From Phyllobates terribilis (taxonomy: Eukaryota), in the NCBI RefSeq assembly GCF_046119375.1, contig NW_027362767.1, positions 246,884,001 through 246,948,000 of the forward strand: a stretch of DNA of 64,000 bases. The letters are read 5' to 3'. The number at the start of each line of letters is the position of its first letter. Within the stretch, counting starts at the first letter, position 1. Below, in pieces: positions 14,551 to 26,300 of this stretch. The position numbers were made by a program, and so were the translations under genes. A model generated the notes under the pieces. The model worked only from the letters and a program-made list of their open reading frames with translations, made no database searches and was not told the origin of the DNA.

Positions 14551-15063
14551 TATGACGCTAGTCACTACTCACGGACAGACAGTGAGGCAGAGAAGTCAGA
14601 CGTTTTCGGGGTCAGTACCAAGAGTGTACGTAGAAAACCAAAGGGAAAGACAAAGGTGTAAGTCAGATCACGGTCTGGGATCAAATACCAGGAGATTGGG
14701 GATCAAAGCAAAAGGGAAAGACAAAGGGATTGTCAGAACATGGTCCAAAGGGTCAGGAAGCAGAAGATCAGAACTCAGCACAACAGAATCAGGCAAACAC
14801 CAGGAAGCACAAACTAGGTCTGGCAGGGATCAGAGACAGACAGCTCAGCTGGGCAATCTCCACAACAGAGAACACCTGGAGGAAGCCCCGCACCTCCCAG
14901 TCACAGATTGGGCAGCTGAGTTATCAATCAAAATACCGACAGCTCAGCATGCCAATCACAAGATTGAATGGCCGAGCTGTCAATCAAAACACTGATGGCT
15001 CAGCATGACCCAGATTCCAGAGGGCAGCGAAACAGTCACTCACTGAGCGGTGGAGTCGTGACA
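14551..15063. mobile_element. Solo LTR (Ty3/gypsy type)
   Basis: Termini TATGAC...GTGACA flanked by 5-bp TSD ATTAC (14546-14550 and 15064-15068). Confidence 0.75.
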
Positions 15064-18000
15064 ATTACTAGATGTTATAGATTCGGAATAATTCTATAGT
15101 TTTGTCTTTTTTTATTCCTTTGTAATACCGGATCAAATATTATTTTAATTTTTGTTTTGATGTTCCATAGGCAATGAAAGCAAAGGGAGACGATCTGATT
15201 ATTTAACGTGCACAACAAATTATCCAATTATTTGCTGACATCGATAAAAAGTGAGTATGAAACATGGACAAAATATTTTAAAAATGGGAAGTCTATGAAC
15301 TCGGACCCCTCCCAAGCTCAACTGGAGAGACTCTGCAAAATTTTGGGGAGAAATTAATCACTGAAGTCTATCTATAGGTCTCTAACCAGAACACCAATTT
15401 TTTTTTCTGACGCCTAAAGGGATGCTCCCATGTGGGGCTTTTATAGCTTAGGCTATGTTCCCACGAACATTTAGTAAGTGCAGCATCTCTGCAACTATTA
15501 GGTAGATTAGATTACTTGTGTTTTTCTTTTATTGATTTGCTTAGTGAATTTTTTTTTACATGACTTTTTATCGCTTTTTTTACGTTGTGTTTTTTTGTCT
15601 CTTTTTGGTTGGTCATGATTTAAATAAAATAAAGCTGTTTTTTATACTTCCTGGTATTTTGCTTTGACTAAAGAGATGGAAGGAAAGAGATAAAGGCTAG
15701 CAGGAGAAAAGAAGGAGGACGACATAGTAAGAGGCACAGGGTAGCTGATGCACTTACTCTTAATAGCAAAATCGGATCAATGGGTCTGTAGGAATAAAAA
15801 CTATTTTATTGGTTAGATTATGCTAAAATATCCAGCTCTCTATTATCTCTATTAATTCCCTTAGGGGAAAGTGTTTGCAGTGTATGAATCCAATAGGATT
15901 CCCTTAATTCTAGTAGCTGTATTTGGTTCCCTCCACGTCTCGATCTTGAAACCTGTTCAATTATCTGGAAATGTAATTGTGATAGCGAAAGTTTGAATAA
16001 GAAAAATGGTGAGTTAGTGCTAGCCGCGTCTTGCCGCATTGGATGGTCGATTTGTGGCTTGGGATGCTGTCTCCTTTGTGTTGGGTACTTTCACCCACAT
16101 AGAAAAGGCAGCATGGACGATATATGCCACGAAGTTGTCTCACGTGTGTAAGATCCTTTTATGGGATAGGATTTTCATGTTTGTGGATATATTAATGGCG
16201 GCGGCGTGTAATGTTGTGCAGGAAGCCGACTGGTCTCTATGACACACATCCAGCTGAAATAGGCACTGGCGTCGGCGGGCCCCTACCGCACAGGCCCGGT
16301 TGAAGTCGCACCCTCTATGACTTCAATCATTACGCCCCTGGGCTGTTTCTCACATTGCAGGAGATGTTGTGGATAATTGATGTCTAAGAATTTTTTTTAG
16401 CTATCTCATCTAGTCTAGTTGGTAAGAGTGTATCACTGGTGACTATTCTAGTTGTCCTTTGGGAACTGGGGAGACTAATTTTGGTGGATTTAAGATGGCA
16501 GCTGGAGTAATGGAGTAAGCTGTTACAATCAGTGGGTTTGGAGTAGAGATCGGCTGTAAGGAGAACCTCATTGCTCTTGATGACTGAAGTGTCAAGCAAT
16601 TATATTTTAGGGGTGTTATAGTTAAGTGTAAGCTGGAGTACTGCTCTGTCGGAATTAAGAAAGGAGACAAAGGCAATAAGTGTATCAGGAGGATCTCAAG
16701 ATCTGGTCTTTACCTCTCATTTAAAATACCTTTAGTACTACAACCTTTTCGAAAAATTGTTGGAATTAACCTAAAGATTTATTGATCTATTTCTTTTACC
16801 CATTCAAACAGAAAGGGTTTCTGAGACTGTCCCTTGTGATATAAATATTGAATTAAAAGTATTGAATTATTTGTAATTTGCCTAGCTCAATTTCTAAACT
16901 CTGTATTTCAACATACTAATTAGACCTTCCTCACCTGTGGGACTCTTTTTGTTACCACCATAGTTACCTTCACGTTGAAGAGATGTGGTGCGGTTAGTCC
17001 CATAAGATCTACAGAACACTCCTCTGTGGCACCATCATGTTCCCCTTTATGCTCAAAACTTCCTTTTTCCCCCTCTAGCTTTACTGGTTAACACTACTGT
17101 TACCCGTAACTACAACTGTATTTGCTTTATTACTAATCCCATTCATCTAATGACTGTCTTTTTTCCCCTCCTCTTTCCCCCAATGACTCAACCCACTCCT
17201 TGGTCCACCTCAACTGACAATCAGTATAATTGTTTTCCACCACAACCCCTTTAACCCCCTTTAACCATGGAAGCTAAACAAGAAATATTCAAACTAGCAA
17301 ATTTCAACACACATGGTTTAAATTCACCTATTCCAAGATCGCAAACATTAGCTAGGTTCAGAAAAAAAACTTTTGACATACTTCTTCTACAAGAAACCCA
17401 TTTCCAAACAGGGAAACTCCCCTCCTTTGAAAAAGCTAATTTCAACTAATGGCACCATGCTACTTCACCCCAGAAAGTTTCTAGAGGAGTATCGATAGCT
17501 TTCACTAAAGATACGCCTTTTCTACTAAACAAATCTTTAATTGACCCTGAGGGACGCTTTATTTTTGTGAAGGGCCTCTTGGCAGGATCCTTGGTCACGA
17601 TTGGTAATCTATATGCCCCCAACAAGAAGCAGATCAGATGGATATTATCCAAATTGAACAAATTTCGGGCCTTCAATGAAGGCACTCCAATTATTGGAGC
17701 GGACCTCAACACTCCTCTGGAGCCGTCTCTGAATTCCTCTTAAAAAAAAAGCCATATCTCCCTCAGAGACCAAGCCAAGATAAAAAAAATCACTACATAC
17801 ACTCTCACTCATCGACTTATGGGGATTTTGTCATCCCACTGAGCTAGACTACACTTTTTTCTCTCACGCGCATAATTCCTATCATAGGATAGACTATGTT
17901 TTCCTACCCAAGTCTCTCCTTTCACTAACTGTTGTAACATCCCTGGCGGCGTGCTGGCATGGCTTACCACCTCCCACCATGCAAGACCGCCATCTTACCT

Positions 18001-18513
18001 ATCAGTCCAGGCTGCACACTTTGCTCCAGTACCTGCTGCACGGTTACTGCCTGTTTCTTATAGTTACTGTGTGCACAGTCCTAATGCGTCCCCAGCCTAT
18101 TGCTGTGAGTCACTGGATACTTAAACCCCCTCCACCCAGTAGGAGGTGCCTGAGCAACACTTTCTTTCAGTGTGTTCTGTGCAACTGAGTTGCCAGGTCC
18201 TGTCCTGTATCTTGTCTGTTTCCGCCACCCTGGGGGCTGTATACCCAGGCCTGTTACCTGTATCTGTGACTTCTAGTCTGTTTCCGCCACCCTGGGGGCT
18301 GAGTTCCCAGGCTCGTTCCTGTATCTTGTTCCTGGTTCAGTTCCTGTCTGAACAGTGTCCTAGCCCATTACTTGTTTGTCTCTATGTCCGTATCTTCCCT
18401 TTTCCTGCAGTGTCTGAACCTGCACCTAACTCCAACTGGTTGTCTCTGTACTACTGTTTGTGAGTTTAGTGTCCGCTCGCTACTTCATTGTAAGTACCTT
18501 GTGTGTATTTTCT

Positions 18514-19009
18514 CTGCTCTGCTTGTCTACCGCACTTGCGGGTTTTGCTCTGCTCTACTTGTTTACCGTACCTGCTGGTTTTGCTCTGCTCTGCTTGTCT
18601 ACCGCACCTGCGGGTTTTGCTCTGCTCTGCTTGTCTACCGCACCTGCAGGTTTTGCTCTGCTTTGCTTGTCTACCGCACCTGTGGGTTTTGCTCTGCTTG
18701 TCTACCGCACCTGCGGTTCTTGCTCTGCTTGTCTACCGCACCTGCGGGTTTTGCTCTGCTCTGCTTGTCTACCGCACCTGCGGGTTTTGCTCTGCTCTGC
18801 TTCTCTACCGCACCTGCGAGTTTTGCTCTGCTCTGCTTCTCTACCGCAACTGCGGGTTTTGCTCTGCTCTGCTTGTCTACCGCACCTGCGGTTTCGCTCT
18901 GCTCTGCTTGTCTACCGCACCTGCGGGTTTTGCTCTACTCTGCTTGTCTACCGCACATGCGGGTTTTGCTCTGCTCTGCTTGTCTACCGCACCTGCGGGT
19001 TTTGCTCTG
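18514..19009 (+). repeat. 36/31-bp minisatellite inside LTR A (resumes at 23322-23388)
   Basis: Unit CTGCTTGTCTACCGCACCTGCGGGTTTTGCTCTGCT, about 15 copies. It generates the spurious 12-aa-periodic ORFs. Confidence 0.95.
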
Positions 19010-22000
19010 TGTTAAAGGGTCCGGGTGGTGGAACCTCTGTGCTGCGGTGCAAGGAGGGACCCAGAGGGGCGTAACTAAGTATCAACTCGAACCGACCCTG
19101 GTCGGACGGCGGCTAACGACTCTGTGACCAGGGAGGATCCGAGCTGAGGGACCAGGTGCTACTCTGGGGACGACCTTGTAAGAGAGCAGGTGGCTCCCAC
19201 AGGCCAGATGGCTGGGACTGACCGGTATAGCGGATGGACAACAAGCAGGCAGAAGTCTTTGGGTAGCTGATGGGTGGTCACGGCAAGTGACAGCAGAGCA
19301 GGTAGAAGTCTCTTGGCTAGCAGGCAGGTGGTCACGGCAAGTGACAGCAGAGCGGGTAGTAGTCTCTTGGCTAGCAGGCAGGTGGTCACGGCAAGTGACA
19401 GCAGAGCGGGTAGAAGTCCCTTGGCTAGCAGGCGGGTAACAGATGAGTGCTTCCAGGTGAGCGGACTAGCAGGCACGGCAGGTAGCAGACAGGTAACTGG
19501 TAGGTGCTTCCTGGTAAGCAGGCGGGCTTGCCCATAGACAGACTGGCGGGTACAACGGAAGGCAGACTGTCAGGCTGGAGAGTAGTCAGGCTGGCGGACT
19601 GGAACAGTAGTCAGGCTGGCAACTGGACCATAGGGCTGAAGCAGAGGTAAGTATACATGTGCAACAACTATTGCTCCGGCCCCTCCATTTTGGAGGAGGT
19701 GCCTTATATATGGGAGGTCCTCCGGCTATTGGCCGGAGACTCCTTAGGACGGCTCGAGCGGCCCCTTTAAGAGAAAGAGAGCGCGCGCGCGCCCTAAGCA
19801 CAGTGCCCGGGAAGCTGCGCGCGCCGGCAGCAGCAGGAAGAGGAGCGCGGAAGGACGCCGCTCGGGGAGCGGGGAGGTGAGAGGGACGGCGTCTCTGCCT
19901 GGCAGGGGGCAGAGACGCCGGTGCTACAGTACCCCCTATTTACGCCCCCTCTTTTTTAGGCCAGGCAAAAAAATTTTTAGGAGAAGCGGGGCATGGATGT
20001 TCTCCCTGGGTTCCCAAGTTCTCTCCTCTGGACCAAACCCCTTCCAATCCACCAGAAAAAAGGTTTTCCCCCTTACCCTTTTGGTGGCCAGAATATTCTC
20101 TACCTCAAAAATGTCCTCAGCGGAAACCGGAGCAGGGGAGGAACCTGGATTATTAGAAAAATAATTAAAGACAACGGGTTTGAGGAGAGATACGTGGAAG
20201 GAGTTGGGAATCCGTAAGGTGGCAGGGAGTTTTAGCTTGTAGGCCACCGGATTTATCTGGTTAAGGACTTCAAAAGGACCGATGAACCGAGGACTCAACT
20301 TGTAGGAGGGTATTTTGAGCCGCACATGTTTGGAGGAGAGCCAAACCTTGTCTCCTGGACGGAATTGAGGCAGATCCAGACGTCTCTTGTCAGCAAATCT
20401 CTTCATCCGCTCGGAGGATTGAAGAAGTGTGGACCTAGTACTCTCCCAAATGGTAGAAAATTCACTGACCAGAGACTCCGCGGCAGGGTTGTCCACAGAA
20501 GCGGAGACGGGAAACGGAATCCGGGGATGTTGGCCAAAGACTATAAAAAACGGCGACTTGGAAGTGGATTCGCTCTCATGGTTGTTATAAGAGAATTCGG
20601 CCCAGGGTAGGAGGTTCACCCAATCAGTATGGTGGGCATTTACAAAGTGCCAGAGATAGCTAGTAAGTATCTGGTTGATCCGCTCCACTTGACCATTGGA
20701 CTGTGGATGGTAAGCGGAGGAGAAATCCAGGGTGACGTCCAGCAGCTTACAGGTAGCTCTCCAGAAGCGTGAGGTGAACTGAACCCCTCGATCCGACACG
20801 ATGTGGAGGGGTAGGCCATGAAGACGAAAGATATGGAGGAAAAAGTCCTTCGCAAGCTCTGATGCAGATGGGAGACCAGACAGAGGAATGAAGTGGGCCA
20901 TTTTAGAAAAGTAGTTAGCGACCACCCAAATGACTGTACAACCGGCAGAGACAGGGAGATCTGCAATAAAGTCCATAGCAATATGTTGCCATGGGGCATC
21001 AGGTACGGGAAGAGGCAAGAGATGACCGGCAGGTAGATGTCTGGGAACTTTGTTGCGGCCACAGGACGAACAGGCTGAGATGAAGTCTATCACATCCTTG
21101 CGCAGGGTAGGCCACCAGTAATGCCAGGTGATAAGCAGGAAGGTCTTCTTTTGGCCAGCATGGCCGGCTAGTTTAGATGAATGACCCCAGCGAAGAACCT
21201 TCTCACGATCTGGTACTGCTACAAAAGTCTTACCGGGTGGAAGACGAGTTAGATCCAAGGGAGCCACCTTCATCACCTTAGAGGGGTCAATAATGTGCAT
21301 AGGCTCCTCCTCCCGATCGAAGGACAGGAAGGATCGGGACAAGGCGTCGGCTTTGACATTCTTGTCCGCCGGGCGGAAATGCAGGATGAAGTCGAAGCGG
21401 GCGAAGAACAAAGACCACCGGGCCTGACGCGGATTGAGTCTTTGGGCATTTTGGAGATATGCCAGATTTTTGTGATTCGTATAGATGATCACCGGGTATA
21501 GAACCCCTTCCAGCAGGTAGCGCCATTCCTCCAGCGCCAATTTAACGGCTAACAATTCTCGGTCTCCGATGGAGTAGTTGCGCTCAGACGAGGAGAAGAG
21601 CTTGGAGAAGAAGCCGCAGGTGACCATTCTCCCGGATGAAGACTTTTGAGTGAGCACCGCTCCGGCTCTGGAGGAGGAAGCATCAACCTCCAGGAAGAAC
21701 TGTTTGTTACAGTCCAGACGGTGCAGTACTGGGGCAGAGGAGAAGGCTTCCTTTAAGGAAAGGAAGGCCTCCTCAGCTTCGGGCGACCATACCTTGGGAT
21801 CTGCTCCCTTACGGGTGAGAGCAGATATGGGAGCAGTCCGGGAAGAGAAGTGCGGGATGAAGAGACGATAGTAGTTGGCGAAGCCCAGGAATCGCTGAAT
21901 CGCCTTCAACCCCTCCGGACGGGGCCACTTATGGACAGCAGAGAGCTTCTCAGGATCCATTCGTAAGCCTGTCTGGGAGATGACATAGCCCAGAAATGGA

Positions 22001-23321
22001 AGAGAGGTCTGCTCGAAGAGGCACTTCTCGTATTTTGCATAGGGGTGGTTCTGCCTGAGCCTAAGCAGGACCTGACGAACATCCCTCCGGTGTGTGGGAA
22101 GATCCGGAGAGAAGACCAAGATATCGTCCAGGTATACCACCACGCAGGAGTAGAGAAGATCACGGAAGATGTCATTGACCAATTCTTGGAAGACGGCGGG
22201 AGCATTGCAGAGACCGAAGGGCATCACATGGTATTCATAGTGACCGTCACTGGTATTGAATGCTGTCTTCCACTCGTCTCCTTGACGGATACGGACCAGG
22301 TTATACGCTTCACGTAGATCCAGCTTGGAAAAGATCCTGGCGCCCTTAAGGCGATCAAACAACTCGGAGATGAGCGGCAGGGGGTATTTGTTTTTTACCG
22401 TGATCTGATTGAGTCCTCTATAATCAATACAGGGGCGTAGCGAGCCATCCTTCTTCTTGACAAAGAAGAATCCGGCTCCAGCCGGGGAAGTAGACTTCCG
22501 GATGAATCCCCTAGCCAGATTCTCCTCAATGTATTCAGACATGGCCCGGGTCTCGGCCGCCGACAACGGGTAAATACGCCCACAGGGTGGAGTGGCGCCA
22601 GGTACCAGGTCGATCGGGCAATCATATGGCCTATGGGGTGGCAGTGTCTCTGCTTCCTTTTTACCGAAGACATCCGCATAGGACCAGTAAAGAGCCGGAA
22701 GACCGGGTAAATTAGCTGGGGTAGGTGGTGGACGAGCCGGGCGAACCGGAACCAGGCAGGTCCTATGGCAGTCCTGCCCCCACCGGAGTACTTCACCGGA
22801 TTGCCAGTTCAGCACGGGTTCATGTATCTGGAGCCAGGGAAGACCTAGCAATAGGGAGTGAGAGAGTCCGGACAGCACATGGAAGGAGATCTTCTCAGAG
22901 TGCAGCATTCCCACCTGCAGGGTTATAGGTTCAGTGACGAGCAGGATGGTCACCGGAAGGAGTCTTCCATCCACGGAGGCGACTGACAATGGTTCAGCCA
23001 AAGGTTTGGTGGGAATTCGGTATCTCTCTACTACCAAGGACTGGGAAATGAGGTTTCCAGTAGCTCCAGAATCCAGATGAGTGATTTCAAAATGACGGTT
23101 CTCTCCCCAGGAGATAGAGACAGACAAAGTCAGGGATGGAGAGGGCTTACTTTTGCCTAGGACGACCTCTCCGAGCGGTCCTAGACACTGGCATTTCCCG
23201 GCTTCTCTGGGCAGGAACGGATGGAGTGCTCCTTACTGCCACAATAGAAACAGCTCCCCTCGGCTCGGCGTGAGAGGGACGGCGTCTCTGCCTGGCAGGG
23301 GGCAGAGACGCCGATGCTACA
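19010..23321 (-). mobile_element. Ty3/gypsy chromovirus element 'B', internally deleted (most of the 5' LTR and gag missing)
   Basis: TG...CA ends with TSD CTCTG (19005-19009 and 23322-23326). Full 3' LTR at 19928-19010, preceded by a polypurine tract. Only about 55 bp of the 5' LTR remain (23321 to about 23268). Confidence 0.9.
19936..23127 (-). CDS. Gypsy pol polyprotein (PR-RT-RNase H-integrase-chromodomain), open for 1063 codons
   Basis: LDSGA (protease), YLDD (RT), EVDAS and DALSR (RNase H), H..GH...C..C plus IAMDF/VSDRG/GQVER (integrase), and FLVDWKGFGPEERTWEP (chromodomain). Confidence 0.95.
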   Translation of the reverse strand: MSVSISWGENRHFEITHLDSGATGNLISQSLVVERYRIPTKPLAEPLSVASVDGRLLPVTILLVTEPITLQVGMLHSEKISFHVLSGLSHSLLLGLPWLQIHEPVLNWQSGEVLRWGQDCHRTCLVPVRPARPPPTPANLPGLPALYWSYADVFGKKEAETLPPHRPYDCPIDLVPGATPPCGRIYPLSAAETRAMSEYIEENLARGFIRKSTSPAGAGFFFVKKKDGSLRPCIDYRGLNQITVKNKYPLPLISELFDRLKGARIFSKLDLREAYNLVRIRQGDEWKTAFNTSDGHYEYHVMPFGLCNAPAVFQELVNDIFRDLLYSCVVVYLDDILVFSPDLPTHRRDVRQVLLRLRQNHPYAKYEKCLFEQTSLPFLGYVISQTGLRMDPEKLSAVHKWPRPEGLKAIQRFLGFANYYRLFIPHFSSRTAPISALTRKGADPKVWSPEAEEAFLSLKEAFSSAPVLHRLDCNKQFFLEVDASSSRAGAVLTQKSSSGRMVTCGFFSKLFSSSERNYSIGDRELLAVKLALEEWRYLLEGVLYPVIIYTNHKNLAYLQNAQRLNPRQARWSLFFARFDFILHFRPADKNVKADALSRSFLSFDREEEPMHIIDPSKVMKVAPLDLTRLPPGKTFVAVPDREKVLRWGHSSKLAGHAGQKKTFLLITWHYWWPTLRKDVIDFISACSSCGRNKVPRHLPAGHLLPLPVPDAPWQHIAMDFIADLPVSAGCTVIWVVANYFSKMAHFIPLSGLPSASELAKDFFLHIFRLHGLPLHIVSDRGVQFTSRFWRATCKLLDVTLDFSSAYHPQSNGQVERINQILTSYLWHFVNAHHTDWVNLLPWAEFSYNNHESESTSKSPFFIVFGQHPRIPFPVSASVDNPAAESLVSEFSTIWESTRSTLLQSSERMKRFADKRRLDLPQFRPGDKVWLSSKHVRLKIPSYKLSPRFIGPFEVLNQINPVAYKLKLPATLRIPNSFHVSLLKPVVFNYFSNNPGSSPAPVSAEDIFEVENILATKRVRGKTFFLVDWKGFGPEERTWEPRENIHAPLLLKIFLPGLKKRGRK

Positions 23322-26300
23322 CTCTGCTCTGCTTGTCTACCGCACCTGCGGGTTTTGCTCTGCTCTGCTTGTCTACCGCACCTGCGGCTCTGTTCCTGTA
23401 TCCCAGTCTGTACTGGTCCCTATCCTGCCTGCGTTCCTACCTGCCAGTACCCACCTGTCTGCACACCAGCCGTGCCTGCCAGTACCCACCTGTCTGCATA
23501 CCAGCCGTGCCTGCCAGTACCCACCTGTCTGTATGCCAGCCTAACCTGCCTGTTTCTGCATTCCCCGGTGTGGGTCAACAGCTGTGACCGGGGTCTCACC
23601 TGGAGTAGCACCTGGTCCCTCTGCTCGGTTCCTCCCTAGTGCACAGAGTTGACTGAGCCGCCGTGCGACCCTTCGTCGGACCGAGTTGATACTTAGTCAC
23701 GCCCCTTCAGGCACTCCTCGGTTCATGGTCCAGTGGGATCACTAACCACGCTCACGCCAGTCAGTCCGGGCGTGTGCGTGACAACTGTTAAATCAGAAAT
23801 ACTTCATTCGGTTCATTCTGACCATTCAGTAGTCTCAGTTTGCTTCTCGCTCTCTAAATCCCACTCTATCCACCACACATTGAGACTGAATGAATCAATT
23901 TTACTGTCTGACATCAATAAAAAGCGCATCCAAACCACCCTAACCAATTTCTTCGAAATCAATGCAACACCAGAAATCAAATTCTCAACCCTATGGGAAG
24001 CTCATAAATCAGTGATCAGAGGAGAACTGATTTCCATGGCGTCCTACATAAACAAACAACGCAAAAAACATACACAAACCCTTTACAAGGAAATAGCAGA
24101 TCTAGAAACACAACACAAAAGAACTCTGCTACATCAAACTTTGGAAGCCCTCACAGACAACAACTAAAGGACTTATTAAATAAGCAATCTGCTAAACAAT
24201 ACCTTAATTGGAAAAATCGCATGTTTGTGCATGGTGATAAGGCTTCCAAATTGATGATGTCCTAAATTAAAATAAGGCAAGTCCGAACCAGCATACATAC
24301 CCTGAAAACCTTCAGCGGCCACCGTACAACAGATCACAACATTATTACATCAGAATTCTTAAAATACTATTCAAATCTATATAACCTTTTTCCTGACTAA
24401 TCTGTTCAAGAAAAAACTAGAAAACGTACATACATACAATCATTCTTAACAAAACTCAATTTACTAAGGACCAACAAGTAGCATTTTCTAGGCCATTTGA
24501 TATAAAGGAGGTTAGGTCTATCCTGTCAAATAGCCCCAAAGGGAAGGCACCGGGCCGTGATGGTCTCCCTATTACATATTATAAGACCTTCTCCTCGATT
24601 CTTGAACCCCACCTTCTCAATATGTGCAATGGAGTACTCCAAGGTGAATCCTTCCCTCCCCAAACGCTTGAAGCCCACATCTCTCTCATACATAAAGAAG
24701 GTAAAGATCCGGAATGTTGCAGTAACTGCAGACCGATTTCTTTACTAAACGTGGATCTCAAAACGTATGCTAGCATGCTGGCAAAACATATAGCAGATGT
24801 TTTGCCAAAATTGATATCACCAGGTCAAACTGGCTTCATTAAGGGAAGGGAGGGTAAGGACAACGCCTGGCGAGTTCTCCACCTGCTACAGTACTCTATC
24901 CACCATAAGCTTCCATTGGTGCTCTTAGGCACCGACACGGAGAAAGCCTTTGACAGGGTAGACTGGACCTTCTTACAAGAGATACTTAATGGCTTTAATT
25001 TTCCCCCTGTTGTGACATCGGCAATACGCCAAATGTACTCTCATCCCTCAGCTAAAATTAAAATGAACAATTCCCTCTCTAATCCTTTCACTATTCATAA
25101 CGGAACAAGGCAAGGCTGCCCCCTTTCACCACTTTTATTTATTATGGTGATGGAACCTTTGATTAAATCCATTAATCAATGTGAGGACATAGTGGGGGTC
25201 AATATCCATGGTATCCACCATAAAACCATGGCCTTCGCTGATGACCTTCTCATCTCAATGACACAAACCTCACAAAGGGATTCCGGCCCTTATGCAGATT
25301 TTAGACAAATATGGTTCCTTGTCCAACTTCAAAATAAATCTTTCCAAATGTAAAGCACTGGGAAAAAAACATACCAATACACACCATAAACTGCTTTAAA
25401 ACCGAATTCCCATTCAGATGGCCAGAAAGTCACATCACTTATTTGGGCATCAAGATAAGTACATCCTATAAAGACTTATTTAAACTTAACTATAAACCTC
25501 TTCTTGTTACAGTCACAGACCACATCAAGCAATGGAGGGGTCCCTATCTCTCTTAGTTTGGCAGAAAAAAACTAATTAAAAGCGTTATTTTATCCAAATT
25601 CATTTACCTATTTCAAATGCTTCCCATTTCTCTGTCCAAAACATACTTATCCAAAATTAACTCACTCTTTTTTAAATTACATTTGGAACAAGCACCTACC
25701 AAGATTGAACTCCCTAACTTTATCGCTCCCTAAGAGATCGGGCAGTATGGGAGTACCCAATATCCATAAATACTACCAAGCCGCCATACTATCCAGAACT
25801 ACTGATTGGATCAGAAAAACGAGGGAGAAGCTATGGCTCTCCATAGAAGAACATATGTCACCTATACCACTGCGCTCAATAATTCTATCTAACCTCATTT
25901 TAACAAATAAAACTACATTTCACAACCAACTAACACGCACAACGGTCAAACGTTGGTTAACAGTCGCAGATTCTTTAGCTCCCCTCCTATCTCCATTATC
26001 TCGAGCATCGGACTTACTAACCCCAAGCTTAGGATAACCCAAATCACATAATACAGGAAGACATGTAGAAACCTCCCCCTTAATAGACCAACTACTGAAG
26101 GATGGCTCCTTCATCACCTTCCAAGAAATGAACGCCTTGCCTACAATGTCCAACTTTAATTTTCTCCATTATGAATCTTTAAAAAAGGCAGTACATCAAG
26201 ACTTGATAAAGGGAGATCCCTCTAGACCACTCACTGCTTATGAATCTCTTTGCGCACAGACAAGTCCGCCAAAGAAAATCCTCTCTTCTCTCTACAACAT

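Larger units (their letters stand above)
17933..23783 (+). mobile_element. Solo LTR 'A' inserted in the L1 endonuclease (itself split by gypsy element 'B')
   Basis: Termini TGTAAC...GTGACA with TSD ACTGT (17928-17932 and 23784-23788). The L1 reading frame LTV|KSEILHSVHSDH is restored on removal. Confidence 0.88.

Noticed and set aside
14504-14995. 163-aa ORF
   Set aside because: It lies within a TSD-flanked solo LTR and has no protein motif.
18372-19127. Long Cys-rich ORFs (170-251 aa) in all three frames
   Set aside because: They arise from a stop-free 36-bp minisatellite inside an LTR and show 12-aa periodicity. Not a gene.
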